Positions 36,820 through 46,300 of a stretch of 64,000 bases of DNA are shown here, one piece after another. The DNA lies in NCBI GenBank assembly GCA_050309605.1, contig JBNRMN010000067.1, positions 128,001 to 192,000 of the forward strand, written 5' to 3'. How positions within the stretch are numbered: position 1 is the stretch's first letter; each line of letters opens with the position of its first letter. This DNA is from Anaerohalosphaeraceae bacterium (GTDB lineage Bacteria; Planctomycetota; Phycisphaerae; Sedimentisphaerales; Anaerohalosphaeraceae). A program made the translations under genes and the position numbers. A model generated the notes under the pieces. That model did no database searches, was not told the DNA's origin, and saw only the letters and a list, made by a program, of their open reading frames with translations.

Positions 36820-37347
36820 CCAGCGCGGCACACCAGCGCGCACAACAGCGCGGCGGCGCAAGGGCGCGGTACAATAGCGCGGCGGCGCGAGCCGCCCGAT
36901 AAGGGGATGCGGGTGTATGGAGCGTTTTGCAAGTCGCCACATAATCCGGCCGCTTGCGCGGCTCGGCTGTTGTACGATGACGCGGCGCAACAGCGCGGCG
37001 GCGCAAGCCGCCCGATACGGGGATGCGGATAAATGGGACGTTTTCCAAGACGCCACAGGATCCGGCCGCTTGCGCGGCTCGGCTATTGTACGATGGCGCG
37101 GCGCAACAGCGCGGCACAATAGCGCGGCGGCGAAAGCCGCCCGATAGGGGGATGCGGATGGATGGGGCGTTTTCCAAGTCGCCACATAATCCGGCCGCTT
37201 GCGCGGCTCGGCTATTGTACGATGACGCGGCGCAACATCGCGGCACAACAGCGCGGCGGCGCGAGCCGCCCGATACGGGGATGCGGATAGATGGAGCGTT
37301 TTGCAAGTCGCCACATAATCCGGCCGCTTGCGCGGCTCGGCTGTTGT
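36820..37347. repeat. tandem array of four REP-doublet (BIME/REPIN-like) units, 117-129 bp period
   Basis: Each unit has a GCGGC-GMRA-GCCGC hairpin, a conserved ~45-nt spacer, and an inverted GCCGC-TTGC-GCGGC hairpin; units begin near 36871, 36988, 37116 and 37245. Confidence 0.88.
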
Positions 37348-37497
37348 GGGTATCGTCATCCGGCCGGTGGTGGGTAGCCGGATGCTGATTTTCAGGCTGA
37401 TAATGGGGGTTGTGAATAAAAATACGACGTAGCAGTACTGAAAAAGGCTGTTTTTTCGGGGTTTTTCAAAATTTTTTGTTCCTTCGGCAATTTTTTC

Positions 37498-37526
37498 TTG
37501 CAATGCATCGCGTTTTTTAGTATTAT
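37498..37526 (+). promoter_or_regulatory. sigma70 promoter
   Basis: TTGCAA-17 nt-TATTAT preceded by A/T tracts. Confidence 0.6.
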
Positions 37527-37712
37527 CAGCAGAGTACCAAGGAAGCTGAATTTCGGATGGGAGAATCCGGGGCGGTTTCGTGGCACACAGCGCGGCGAGC
37601 CGACAGGTTTGCCCGAAGCGAAAAAATGCGAGCGAGATGCCTTCGAGGCGCGGGGCCTTGAGGGTGATGTAAAATAGAGTAACCGAAGAAAAAGAGAAAG
37701 GGATGGTGTCAA

Positions 37713-38441
37713 ATGAGAAAAGTTCTGTTAAGTTTGCTCGTTATGGCTCTGGCAGTCCCGGCGTTCGCGGCGGTTGAGTTTTCCGCGGTGGACAACGGGG
37801 ATGGAACCGTGTCGGTGGTGATTGACACGGCTGATGTCGTGCGCGGTCTGGCCCTGAAGGTGACCTGCAGCGAAGGCGCTGAGCTGGTCGATCTGGAGCC
37901 GGAAGTCAACGCGGCGTTCAACACGTTCATCGACTTTGCTTTTACGACCGAAGCGGGTGCTCCGGGCACGTATGAAGTCGGCGACGGGCATCCGTTTGCG
38001 CTGGCTGATGAGGCCGGTGTGGCCGCGGCGGGCGCAACCGAGTTCAGCATCAGCATGGGCGTGCTGGATGAGGGCGGCAATCAGGAAGGCTTTGTCTCCG
38101 AAATCGGCGGCGAAGTGCTGATTACCTTCAAGACCGGCGCGGGAATGGTGTGCTTTGAGCTGGATACCCTTCGCGGCGGCGTGGTCGGCGATGAGGCCCT
38201 GACCACCAACCTCGACGATGAAGGCATCTGTGTCGCGGTCACCGATGGCCCGGAATGCTGGAACTACCCGAGGTTTGGCGAAGGCGATGGAAATGGCGAT
38301 GGTGTGATCACTTTTGCGGATTTACAGATATTGATTAATGCGTGGGCACCCAATCCTTACAATCCGTGTGCGGACTTCAACAAGGATGGTGTGGTTACAT
38401 TTGCGGACCTGCAGATTCTCATTAATAACTGGCCGCAATAG
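37713..38441 (+). CDS. secreted acidic protein with C-terminal dockerin-like domain
   Basis: Signal peptide ..VPAFA; DGNGDGVITFADLQILINAW and DFNKDGVVTFADLQILINNW. Confidence 0.85.
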   Translation: MRKVLLSLLVMALAVPAFAAVEFSAVDNGDGTVSVVIDTADVVRGLALKVTCSEGAELVDLEPEVNAAFNTFIDFAFTTEAGAPGTYEVGDGHPFALADEAGVAAAGATEFSISMGVLDEGGNQEGFVSEIGGEVLITFKTGAGMVCFELDTLRGGVVGDEALTTNLDDEGICVAVTDGPECWNYPRFGEGDGNGDGVITFADLQILINAWAPNPYNPCADFNKDGVVTFADLQILINNWPQ

Positions 38442-38588
38442 TATTGAGAAATAGAGTTTTTCATGTTTTAATGATTCACTCTAAATCAGTATAAGATAAA
38501 ATTAACACACACTTTACACCAAGTAAGTTAACGTTAACGTGAGTTTTGTTCGAACAAAAACAACAACAAGTTTTTCGAAAGGGGAACG

Positions 38589-39086
38589 ATGATGAAGAAG
38601 TTAATGGTTTTGAGTTTGGTTTTGGCAGTTGGTTCGATGGCGACAGCAGGTTTGTCTCTGACACCGTCGGAGCCACTCTTGTCTGGGACTTTGTCGATAG
38701 TCTTTGAGAAAACTGAAGCCGGTAACTTGGAAGGTTACGACTTGATCCTTCGAGTAGTCAGTGGCTCAGTCGTTTTCGGCGATGCATCATTAAGTGAAAA
38801 AGGTAATTGGATGGTTGCTCCTGCTTTTGTAGCCGGCGATCAACTGCGCATTTCAGCAGGGGCCTTCCCGGGTTTTGGTTTTTTAGGTCTGACCGAAGCT
38901 GATTCAATTTTGACCGTCGATTATGCTGGTGAAGAAGGTTCTGTAATTGAACTTTGGTCAGTAGCTACGACCATCGGTGGCGTTGACTATAACCAAACCA
39001 CTTTTGATTCTGTCACGTTGGTTCCCGAGCCGATGACGATGGGTCTGCTGGGTGTTGGCGCTCTGTTCCTGCGTCGGCGCAAATAA
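38589..39086 (+). CDS. PEP-CTERM sorting domain protein
   Basis: Signal peptide; VPEPMTMGLLGVGALFLRRRK. Confidence 0.9.
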   Translation: MMKKLMVLSLVLAVGSMATAGLSLTPSEPLLSGTLSIVFEKTEAGNLEGYDLILRVVSGSVVFGDASLSEKGNWMVAPAFVAGDQLRISAGAFPGFGFLGLTEADSILTVDYAGEEGSVIELWSVATTIGGVDYNQTTFDSVTLVPEPMTMGLLGVGALFLRRRK

Positions 39087-39130
39087 GCGAGACCGAACCG
39101 CTTAACCAAACTCGTAAAGACAATGTGTGT

Positions 39131-39167
39131 AAAGAGGCGCAGCCGCTGAGGCGGGCGCCTCTTTTTA
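39131..39167 (+). terminator. intrinsic terminator
   Basis: AAAGAGGCGC..GCGCCTCTTT stem followed by TTTTT. Confidence 0.75.
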
Positions 39168-39174
39168 TGTTTAA

Positions 39175-39500
39175 GCTCCTCCCCTGTCAAGGGGAGGTGG
39201 CCGCGCAGCGGCCGGAGGGGTATATTACAACCTCCGGTGCAGGCGGCTCATTAATTGTTTACCTTTTGGATGCCGCCCTATGCTGTATGTCACCATAGAG
39301 GCGCTCAGGTCGCTTCCCAGCGTTGCCTTATCCTCCCTATGGCAAAGGCATTATAGCCTGCCCTGCTGGAGTCTTAAAGCGTTAAATCCAAAATACTTAT
39401 AGTTTTCAAAGAGCATTTTTTATCAACTTTATTGGATAAGAGCCTACTTTTTTACACCCCCTCCCCCCTTCGGGGTACTCCCCCTTTGCAGGGGGAGAGC
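39175..39500. repeat. pair of inverted REP-like palindromes (CTCCCC..GGGGAG..GGGG family) enclosing a non-coding insert
   Basis: 39175-39221 and 39456-39500 are related double hairpins in inverted orientation. Confidence 0.7.
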
Positions 39501-39610
39501 ATTTAGCCGCGAGGCTGTGCCTCTTTTTTATTGACCAATGACGATTTAGAGTTTAGAATTATATTCGTGCCAATCCGTGCAATCTGTGGTTGAAAAGAGG
39601 GTAACGAGAC

Positions 39611-39895
39611 ATGCTCTAACAATCGAACAAATTAAACAGGCAGCCCAAAAAGCTGCATTGCATTATCCTATCCGCAAAGTTTTCCTGTTCGGGTCGTATG
39701 CGGCCGGATATGCGGATGAGACCAGTGACGTGGATATGCTGGTGGAATTTGCGGCCCATCCAATATCCCTTTTTGAATTGGCGGGCTTTAATCAGGAATT
39801 GCGGGACGAGTTGAATACATCGGTAGATACCGTGAAACTTCCGCTTAAGCAGGACAGCATTATTGATATAAATCAGGCGATTTGCTTGTATGAAC
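39611..39895 (+). pseudogene. MNT nucleotidyltransferase antitoxin with start out of frame
   Basis: LFGSYA.G.ADETSDVDMLVEF; the SD-preceded ATG at 39611 is out of frame (ATG CTC TAA, apparent 2-nt duplication); the natural stop appears lost. Confidence 0.7.
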
Positions 39896-39970
39896 GTATG
39901 GGAAACCGCAATAAAAAGCATTCCCGAATTGGGCAGGCAATTATGCGACATATTACGAGACGACCAATAA
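39890..39970 (+). pseudogene. remnant of a HepT/DUF86 HEPN toxin
   Basis: MN-VWETAIKSIPELGRQLCDILRDDQ*: start overlaps the MNT end and is fused to a DUF86-like C-terminal helix; RxxxxH core absent. Confidence 0.65.
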
Positions 39971-40124
39971 ACCTCTCGACTATCGAAATCCGAAACAAAT
40001 TCAAATGACAAAAAACGCAATGCTCCAAACCGGATCAAAACCTGATTAAAATTCTTCGTGCTCTTTGTGTCCTTCGTGGTATAATTCAGAAGTCAGAAGA
40101 CAGAGTTCAGAAAGGAACATTTTC

Positions 40125-40328
40125 ATGAAACTTCGTATTGTGTTGGAACCCAGCGACGAGGGCGGTTATACAGCTATCGTTCCGGTTCTTCCCGGCTGTA
40201 TCAGTCAGGGCGACACCCGTCAGCAAGCGCTGGAGAATATTCAGGAAGCCATCGCGCTTTATCTGGAACCGGTGGACGATGACTATAGCTTAAACGCCGA
40301 ATCGGAAGTTTTAGAGATCGCTGTATGA
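40125..40328 (+). CDS. hicB: HicB family antitoxin (short form)
   Basis: DEGGYTAIVPVLPGCISQGDTRQQALENIQEAIALYL; AAAGGAA RBS. Confidence 0.88.
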   Translation: MKLRIVLEPSDEGGYTAIVPVLPGCISQGDTRQQALENIQEAIALYLEPVDDDYSLNAESEVLEIAV

Positions 40329-40551
40329 GCAAGGTCCCCAGCCTGGATTATCGACAGGTTATTAATGCACTGAAGCGCGACGGGTGGGTTGTAGTGCGGC
40401 AAAAGGGCGTCATATTCGACTGCACAAGCATACGGCCGACAATATGCTGAAAATTACCATACCTGCCCACAAACCAATCAAGCGATCTACTTTGTCGCAT
40501 ATTCTAAAGCATGCACGAATACGTGTCGATAGATTGAATAAATTGCTGTAA
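40325..40551 (+). pseudogene. hicA: HicA mRNA interferase with a 1-nt deletion
   Basis: MSKVPSLDYRQVINALKRDGWVVVRQKG/(S)HIRLHK..ITIPAHKPIKRSTLSHILK; 227 nt long, with the frameshift at the G-S-H motif. Confidence 0.8.
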
Positions 40552-40725
40552 AATGATTGGTTTGTGTCAGGGGTTTAGATTTACCACGGAGAGCACGAAG
40601 GTCATGAAGTAAAGAGATAGAGATAAAAAAGAATGAATTTGAATTCTTCGTGCTCTTTGTGTCCTTTGTGGTTCATATAAATCCGTGTCCATCTGTGTAA
40701 TCCGCGGTTGATAGAGGAACAGACA

Positions 40726-41247
40726 ATGAACAATTCAACATTAAAAATTGCGTTTTTCCTTTTGCCTTTTGCCCTTTGCCTTTTGTCCGGCTGTCAGTCT
40801 TCGGTGCACAATATGCAGACGGCTTTTCCGAAAGAACTGGCGGGCGTTTGGCAGGTGGATTCAGGCCGTAAAGCGGTGGAACTGGACGAGGCGGGCAATC
40901 TTGTTTCATTTACCTTAGCGTCAGGTCTGAAGATTAATATTGCGGAGGGCGGATTGCATAAAAAAGGCCCGACTCAGGGTTCTATGCTTATGATAATCTT
41001 GGGGGAGGCGCCAGTTGAATTTGATCACAACACACGAGCTTTAAAGATTGCTATTCATTTTGAGGATTATCGGATTGAACTGCCCGGAGTTGATTTTTCC
41101 GGTACGATGACGGAAATTCTTGAAGGAACAGTCAACAAACACAATACGGAATGGCTGGCCACTTCAACCGTTACCGGTACGGTTGAAAATCTACCGCAGA
41201 TGGACGATACGACAGATACTCTTTATCTGTTTCGAAAGGTCAACTAA
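40726..41247 (+). CDS. hypothetical lipoprotein
   Basis: Lipobox LSGC; ELAGVWQ lipocalin-like start; GAGGA RBS. Confidence 0.75.
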   Translation: MNNSTLKIAFFLLPFALCLLSGCQSSVHNMQTAFPKELAGVWQVDSGRKAVELDEAGNLVSFTLASGLKINIAEGGLHKKGPTQGSMLMIILGEAPVEFDHNTRALKIAIHFEDYRIELPGVDFSGTMTEILEGTVNKHNTEWLATSTVTGTVENLPQMDDTTDTLYLFRKVN

Positions 41248-41253
41248 TCTGCG

Positions 41254-41793
41254 TTAATAGGCATAGAAGTTTACACCTTCCGAGTCGGTTTCCGGATAAT
41301 CAAGGCGCACTTCTTTAGTTTTGGGTTTGTATATCCAGCCGTACTCTCCCGATGCCTCGGCGGGAAAAGATTCCGAATCGCCAAGAATCCGAAAATCATC
41401 TTTTTTATTGAAAGGGTTTTTCGGCAATTCGTTAAAATAAGGACCATAGATATATGAACCACTTTTTGTTTTTTGCAAAATGGTGTCGCCGTTAATGTTG
41501 GTACAATAGAGAAGTTGCGCATTTACAATAAATGTATGATCCGAGAATACACCGTTCAAGTAGCCTGGCGGCATTCCGTTGTGTTCGGCGGTGTATCTTT
41601 CGATGGCTTCTCTGAGGAGTTTTAGGTTGGCTTTGGCCTGGGTTTCTTTTGCTTTTTGTTGGTGGTTTTGGAATTCGGGGATGACGACGGCGGCCAGGAT
41701 GCCGAGGATGGAGACGACGATCATCAATTCCACGAGCGTGAACGCTCGTGGAATTAGTTTTGAGTTTTGAGTTTTGAGTTTTGAGTTTTTCAA
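41254..41793 (-). CDS. type II secretion/type IV pilin-like protein (GspG-like)
   Basis: RA|FTLVELMIVVSILGILAAVVIP, YGPYFNELPKNPF; start uncertain. Confidence 0.85.
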   Translation of the reverse strand: MKNSKLKTQNSKLIPRAFTLVELMIVVSILGILAAVVIPEFQNHQQKAKETQAKANLKLLREAIERYTAEHNGMPPGYLNGVFSDHTFIVNAQLLYCTNINGDTILQKTKSGSYIYGPYFNELPKNPFNKKDDFRILGDSESFPAEASGEYGWIYKPKTKEVRLDYPETDSEGVNFYAY

Positions 41794-42025
41794 GTTTTTT
41801 AGTTCGCAGTTTTTGGTTTATTATATCTTTTTTTATGTCGTCATATCTATACACGGTGTACTTATCGGCCTGTTTTTTGCACGGATTCACTGATTTTCAC
41901 TGATTTTTAACCGCGGATTACGGGGCTTGCGGGGATTTTTTATTTTTCTATTTAATCCTTATGATTTATAGTTTGGTTTACTCTGTGTAATCCGTGAAAT
42001 CTGTGGTTTCAATGAAGAGGTTATT

Positions 42026-43291
42026 ATGAATGTTTTATTGGTTGGCAGCGGGGGTCGCGAGCACGCGCTGGCGTGGAAGTTGGCTCAATCAAAGAAGTTA
42101 GATCATTTGTACATTGCGCCGGGCAATCCGGGGACAGCGGCATTCGGGACAAATGTCGATATTGCAGACACAGAAATTGATCGTCTGGTTGAATTCGCCC
42201 AGGGCAAGCAGGTTGATCTGGCGGTGATTGGGCCGGAAGATCCGCTGGCGGCCGGGGCGGTGGACGCCTTCGAGGCCGCGGGCATCAAGGCGTTCGGGCC
42301 GAGCAAGGCCGCGGCCAAGCTGGAGGCCGACAAGGCATTTGCCAAGCAGATTATGCGGGCCAACAGTATTCCCACGGCTGAAAGCCGGACGTTTACCGAT
42401 TTCAAGGACGCCAAGGCGTATATCGCCAGTCGGGATGAGGCGGTGGTGGTCAAGGCTGCCGGGCTGGCCAAGGGCAAGGGGGTGTTCGTGTGTGATGAGC
42501 CGTCCGAGGCGATTTTGGCCGCCGAGCGGATTATGGTCGATGGCCTCTTCGGCGACGCGGGGCGGGTGGTTGTGGTTGAGGATAAGCTGCTGGGACAGGA
42601 GGCGTCGATTCTGGCATTTGTGGATGGGCGGAGTATCTATGTAATGGAAAGTGCCCAGGATCACAAGCCCATCGGCGAGGGGGATACGGGCGATAATACC
42701 GGCGGGATGGGGGCGTACAGTCCGGCGCCGATTGTGACGGAGAAATTGCTGGCTCAGATTGTGCGCGAGGTGCTGGTGCCGACGGTTGATGGGATGAATC
42801 GCAACGAGACGCCGTACAAGGGGGTGCTGTATGCGGGGATGATGCTGACCCAGGGCGGGCCGCGTGTGCTGGAGTTTAATGTGCGGTTCGGCGATCCGGA
42901 GACGCAGCCGATTTTGATGCGGATGAAGGGGGATTTGCTGGAGGTGATGCTGGCGGTGTGCGAGGGCAGGCTGGATCAGGTGAGTCTGGATTGGGACAAG
43001 CGTCCGGCGGTGTGTGTGGTGATGGCCTCGGGCGGATATCCGGGAGCGTATGAGAAGGGCAAAGAGATTTTGGGGCTGGAGGAAGCGGGGAAAATGGAAG
43101 ATGTGATGGTGTTTCATGCCGGTACGGCCACACGCGACGGGCAGATTGTCACCAGCGGCGGGCGTGTGCTGGGGGTAACGGCACTGGGCGAAACGATAGC
43201 CCGGGCCAAGTCACGGGCCTATGAGGCGGTGGACAAGATTTCGTTTGAGGGGGCATACTATCGTCGGGATATTGCGGATAAGGCGATTTGA
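42026..43291 (+). CDS. purD: phosphoribosylamine--glycine ligase
   Basis: GSGGREHA, APGNPG, GLAKGKGV, QDHK, NTGGMGAYSP, EFNVRFGDPE. Confidence 0.98.
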   Translation: MNVLLVGSGGREHALAWKLAQSKKLDHLYIAPGNPGTAAFGTNVDIADTEIDRLVEFAQGKQVDLAVIGPEDPLAAGAVDAFEAAGIKAFGPSKAAAKLEADKAFAKQIMRANSIPTAESRTFTDFKDAKAYIASRDEAVVVKAAGLAKGKGVFVCDEPSEAILAAERIMVDGLFGDAGRVVVVEDKLLGQEASILAFVDGRSIYVMESAQDHKPIGEGDTGDNTGGMGAYSPAPIVTEKLLAQIVREVLVPTVDGMNRNETPYKGVLYAGMMLTQGGPRVLEFNVRFGDPETQPILMRMKGDLLEVMLAVCEGRLDQVSLDWDKRPAVCVVMASGGYPGAYEKGKEILGLEEAGKMEDVMVFHAGTATRDGQIVTSGGRVLGVTALGETIARAKSRAYEAVDKISFEGAYYRRDIADKAI

Positions 43292-43365
43292 TTGTTGTTC
43301 GTTTGCAGGTCGTCGTTTTGAGTTTTGAATTGGATTGGTCAGCGGCGTTCGATTGATGTTAACAG

Positions 43366-46300
43366 ATGGGTAAGATGCGCAGGGTTATGCGATGGCTGGG
43401 GCGGTGGCTGCTGCGGCTTGCGGTGTGGTCGGCGGTGACGGCGGGGCTTGCGTATGGGGCGAGCCGATGGTATCTGCCGGCGGTGGTGCAGCGTCAGCTT
43501 TCGCAGCGATTGCCGGAGGCGGCGGTGGCGGTGCAGGGGGCGCGGTTCAGCGGTCTGGGCGTGCTGATTAAGGGGCTGTCGGTTGCGGAGGATGAATCGC
43601 TATTGGCCAATTCACCGATTTTTTTTGCGGAACGTGTGCGGGTCAGTTATACGCCGGGCAAGTTGGTGCAGCGTCAGTTGTCAATCGGTTCGGCGGTGGT
43701 CGCCGATGCGGTGCTGACGATTGAATATGAGAAGGGCAAAGGCTGGAATGTGCAGCGGTTGGGAGCGGTTGCCGGCGAAGCGTCCGCCGCTGGGCTGCCG
43801 CTGGTGCGTGTGGAGCGTGCGGCGGTTCGCGTGCGGCGGAACGAGGCGGGCAACGTGGAGACGATTACGGCGGTGGGGCTGAACGGGCGGATGGCCGCGG
43901 CGGGCGATGAGGGGTTGTATGGGTTTTCCTTTCAGGCGGATGATCGGCTGGCGCTGTCGGGCAGTTGGGCGGAAGGGACGTTACGCCTCGGCGATGGCGA
44001 GGTGATGCATCGTCTGCGTTTGACGGGGCAATTACGGATGCCGCGGACGCGGATACTGGACAATGCCTGGAATGTGGATGATGTTCAGTTGGCCTGTGCG
44101 TTTGACGCCGAGTCGGTGGAGGTTGAGCGTTTGACGTTTCGGATGGGTCAGGGTGTGGGCGAAGCTTCAGGACGTGCGAAGCTCTTGCGAGAAGGAGGGT
44201 TTGAGGCGTCGGTTGATCTGACGGGGTTTTCGTTGACGGATGCGCCGGCGGTTGACGCCGTGGTGTACGGGCAGTCGGTGCTGGAGTTGCTGGGGCCGGC
44301 GGCGTCGCGATTTTTGAATCGTTTTCGGCCGCGGGGGGCAGGCGATGTGCATCTGCAAGTCCGCGGGCGATGGGATCATCTGCGAGAGGCGGAGGTGTAC
44401 GGGCAGGTGATCTGTCGGGACATTTCGGTGCAGGACGAGCGGTTTCCCTATCGATTGGAGCACATGGCCGGGACGATTGAGTTTTCGGGGCGGTCCCTGA
44501 CGCTCAATCGGCTTGTGTGTCGGCACGGCGAGTCGGAGTTTGCCATTGAGGGTGGTGTTGATGGGTTCGGTCCGAATGCGGAGCTTTGGCTGCGCGTGGT
44601 CAGCGGGCAGATTCGGTTTGATGAGGATGTCTATCGGGCGCTGGGGCCGGAGGCCAAGCGGCTGTGGTTTACATTTATGCCGTCGGGGACGGGGGCGATT
44701 GATCATCGGTACCGGCGGTTCGGCGATGGTCGGCGAACGCGGCGGCTGGAGGTCGAATTGATTGATGCGGCGGTGATGTATGAGCATTTTCCCTATCCGC
44801 TGGAGCATTTGACAGGGCGCGTGGTGTTTGAGCCGAATTGGGTTATGCTGTCAAATGTCAGGGCGGCCTATCCGGACGGCCGCAGCGTGGCGATTAGCGG
44901 AACGGCGGCGGGCAGCGACGATTTTTCGATTCGTATTCACGCGAATCGGATACCGGTGGACGCGATGCTGCTTGAGGCGATGATGGCAACGCAGCGGGAT
45001 TATTTGGAGCGGTTTGAAATCGACGGAGGGATGGTGTCCGCTGAAATTAATGTGTTTGCCGATCCGTCGGGCGAGCGCCCGTTTGATTATCGGATTGACA
45101 CGGAGGTGTCGGCGGATCGCTTCGTGTACGCAGATTTTGCGGTGCCGCTGGAGGATGTGCGGATTACGGCCGAAGCAAAGCCCCGGACAATTGAATTGGA
45201 ACGGTTGACGGGCCGCAGCGGACAGGGTCGCTTATCGTTGTCCGGGCGTTTAACAGAGCAGGGTGTTGATCCCGATTTGCCCGGCGTGTGTCTGGATATT
45301 GAGGCGACGGCGTTTCCGCTGACAGAGGCTTTCTGGGCGGCTGCTGAACGGCATATCCGGGCGGATATGTTTAAGATCAGGCCGTATGGCCCGGTCCATG
45401 TCTCAGGTCGCTGGGGTCGGAATCTACCTGAAGCGGAGTGTGCGCCAATGGATGTGACCGTGGTCTGTCATGCGACGCCGCTGCGGATGGACGGGCAAAC
45501 GGCCGGCGAGGCCTTCGGGACGGTGCGGATAGAAAAGCAGCATGTTCGACTGGAGCATTTTCGTATTGAGCAGGCGGCACTGACTGAGTCACTGGCCGCG
45601 GTCATGCCGGATCGGATGCGACAGGCTTATGAGCCAATGGACCTGTCGGGACGGATTGATGTGTCGGTTTCGACGGCGGTGCTGACGCTGGACGAAGAGG
45701 GATTTAGCGGTTTGGAAGCGGCCGGGCGATTGTCCATGAAGGAGGTCAAGAGTCGAACGACGGATTTTGTGGAACGGCTGAACGGATCTATTGAAGGACG
45801 TTTTTCTGTTGACGCCGATCAGGTTGTCCAGGAACTGGAGGCGTTTTACCAAATGGAAGGATTTCGTTTCCGCGGACGTGACATTGACCGGCTTTCGGGG
45901 CAGGTGGTGTTTGATCCGAATGACGGAGTACTCGTGAGTCGGAATTTTTCAGCGGTGCTGGGGCAAGGCATTGCAAACGGTTCATTGACGATGGATATTC
46001 AGGGGTCTCAGTCGTTTTTAGACTATACACTTGACCTGATGTTTGAGGGGCTTGATGTGGCTCGGCTGGTTTCAGCCGGTCAGGTATTTGAACGGAACGA
46101 TACCGGGGAGCGAGGAAAAGTGAAAGGAACGCTGAGCCTTCAGGGGCGCGCCGGGCGGAGCGAAATGAAACAAGGTCGGTTGATCGCGACGGTTTCCGAG
46201 ATGAGGCTTGGCAGACAGTCGCTGATCGGTAAGGTTCTGACGGCGATCCAGTTCCGCGAGCCGAAAGATTATGTTTTCAATCGGATGGAACTGGATGCCT

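Larger units (their letters stand above)
39563..42009. repeat. dispersed 9-nt-period (ATCCGTGTA/TTCGTGCTC-like) and 7-nt-period repeats at gene junctions
   Basis: Copies near 39564, 39976, 40052, 40087, 40583, 40643, 40679, 40758, 41757, 41879 and 41980. Confidence 0.7.

Noticed and set aside
36820..37347. CRISPR array
   Set aside because: The intervening segments are near-identical rather than unique, the period is too long, and no cas genes are present.
36733..37503. Several ORFs of 76-253 aa across the repeat array
   Set aside because: They are by-products of GC-rich repeats, open on both strands, with no RBS or domain signal.
37530..37712. Riboswitch in the long leader of the 37713 gene
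   Set aside because: Hairpins are present but I could not match c-di-GMP, SAM, cobalamin or other aptamer consensus; left uncalled.
38286..38430. Direct repeat near the end of the 37713 gene as a mobile or DGR signature
   Set aside because: It is the normal internal duplication of a dockerin-like domain, with mostly synonymous differences.
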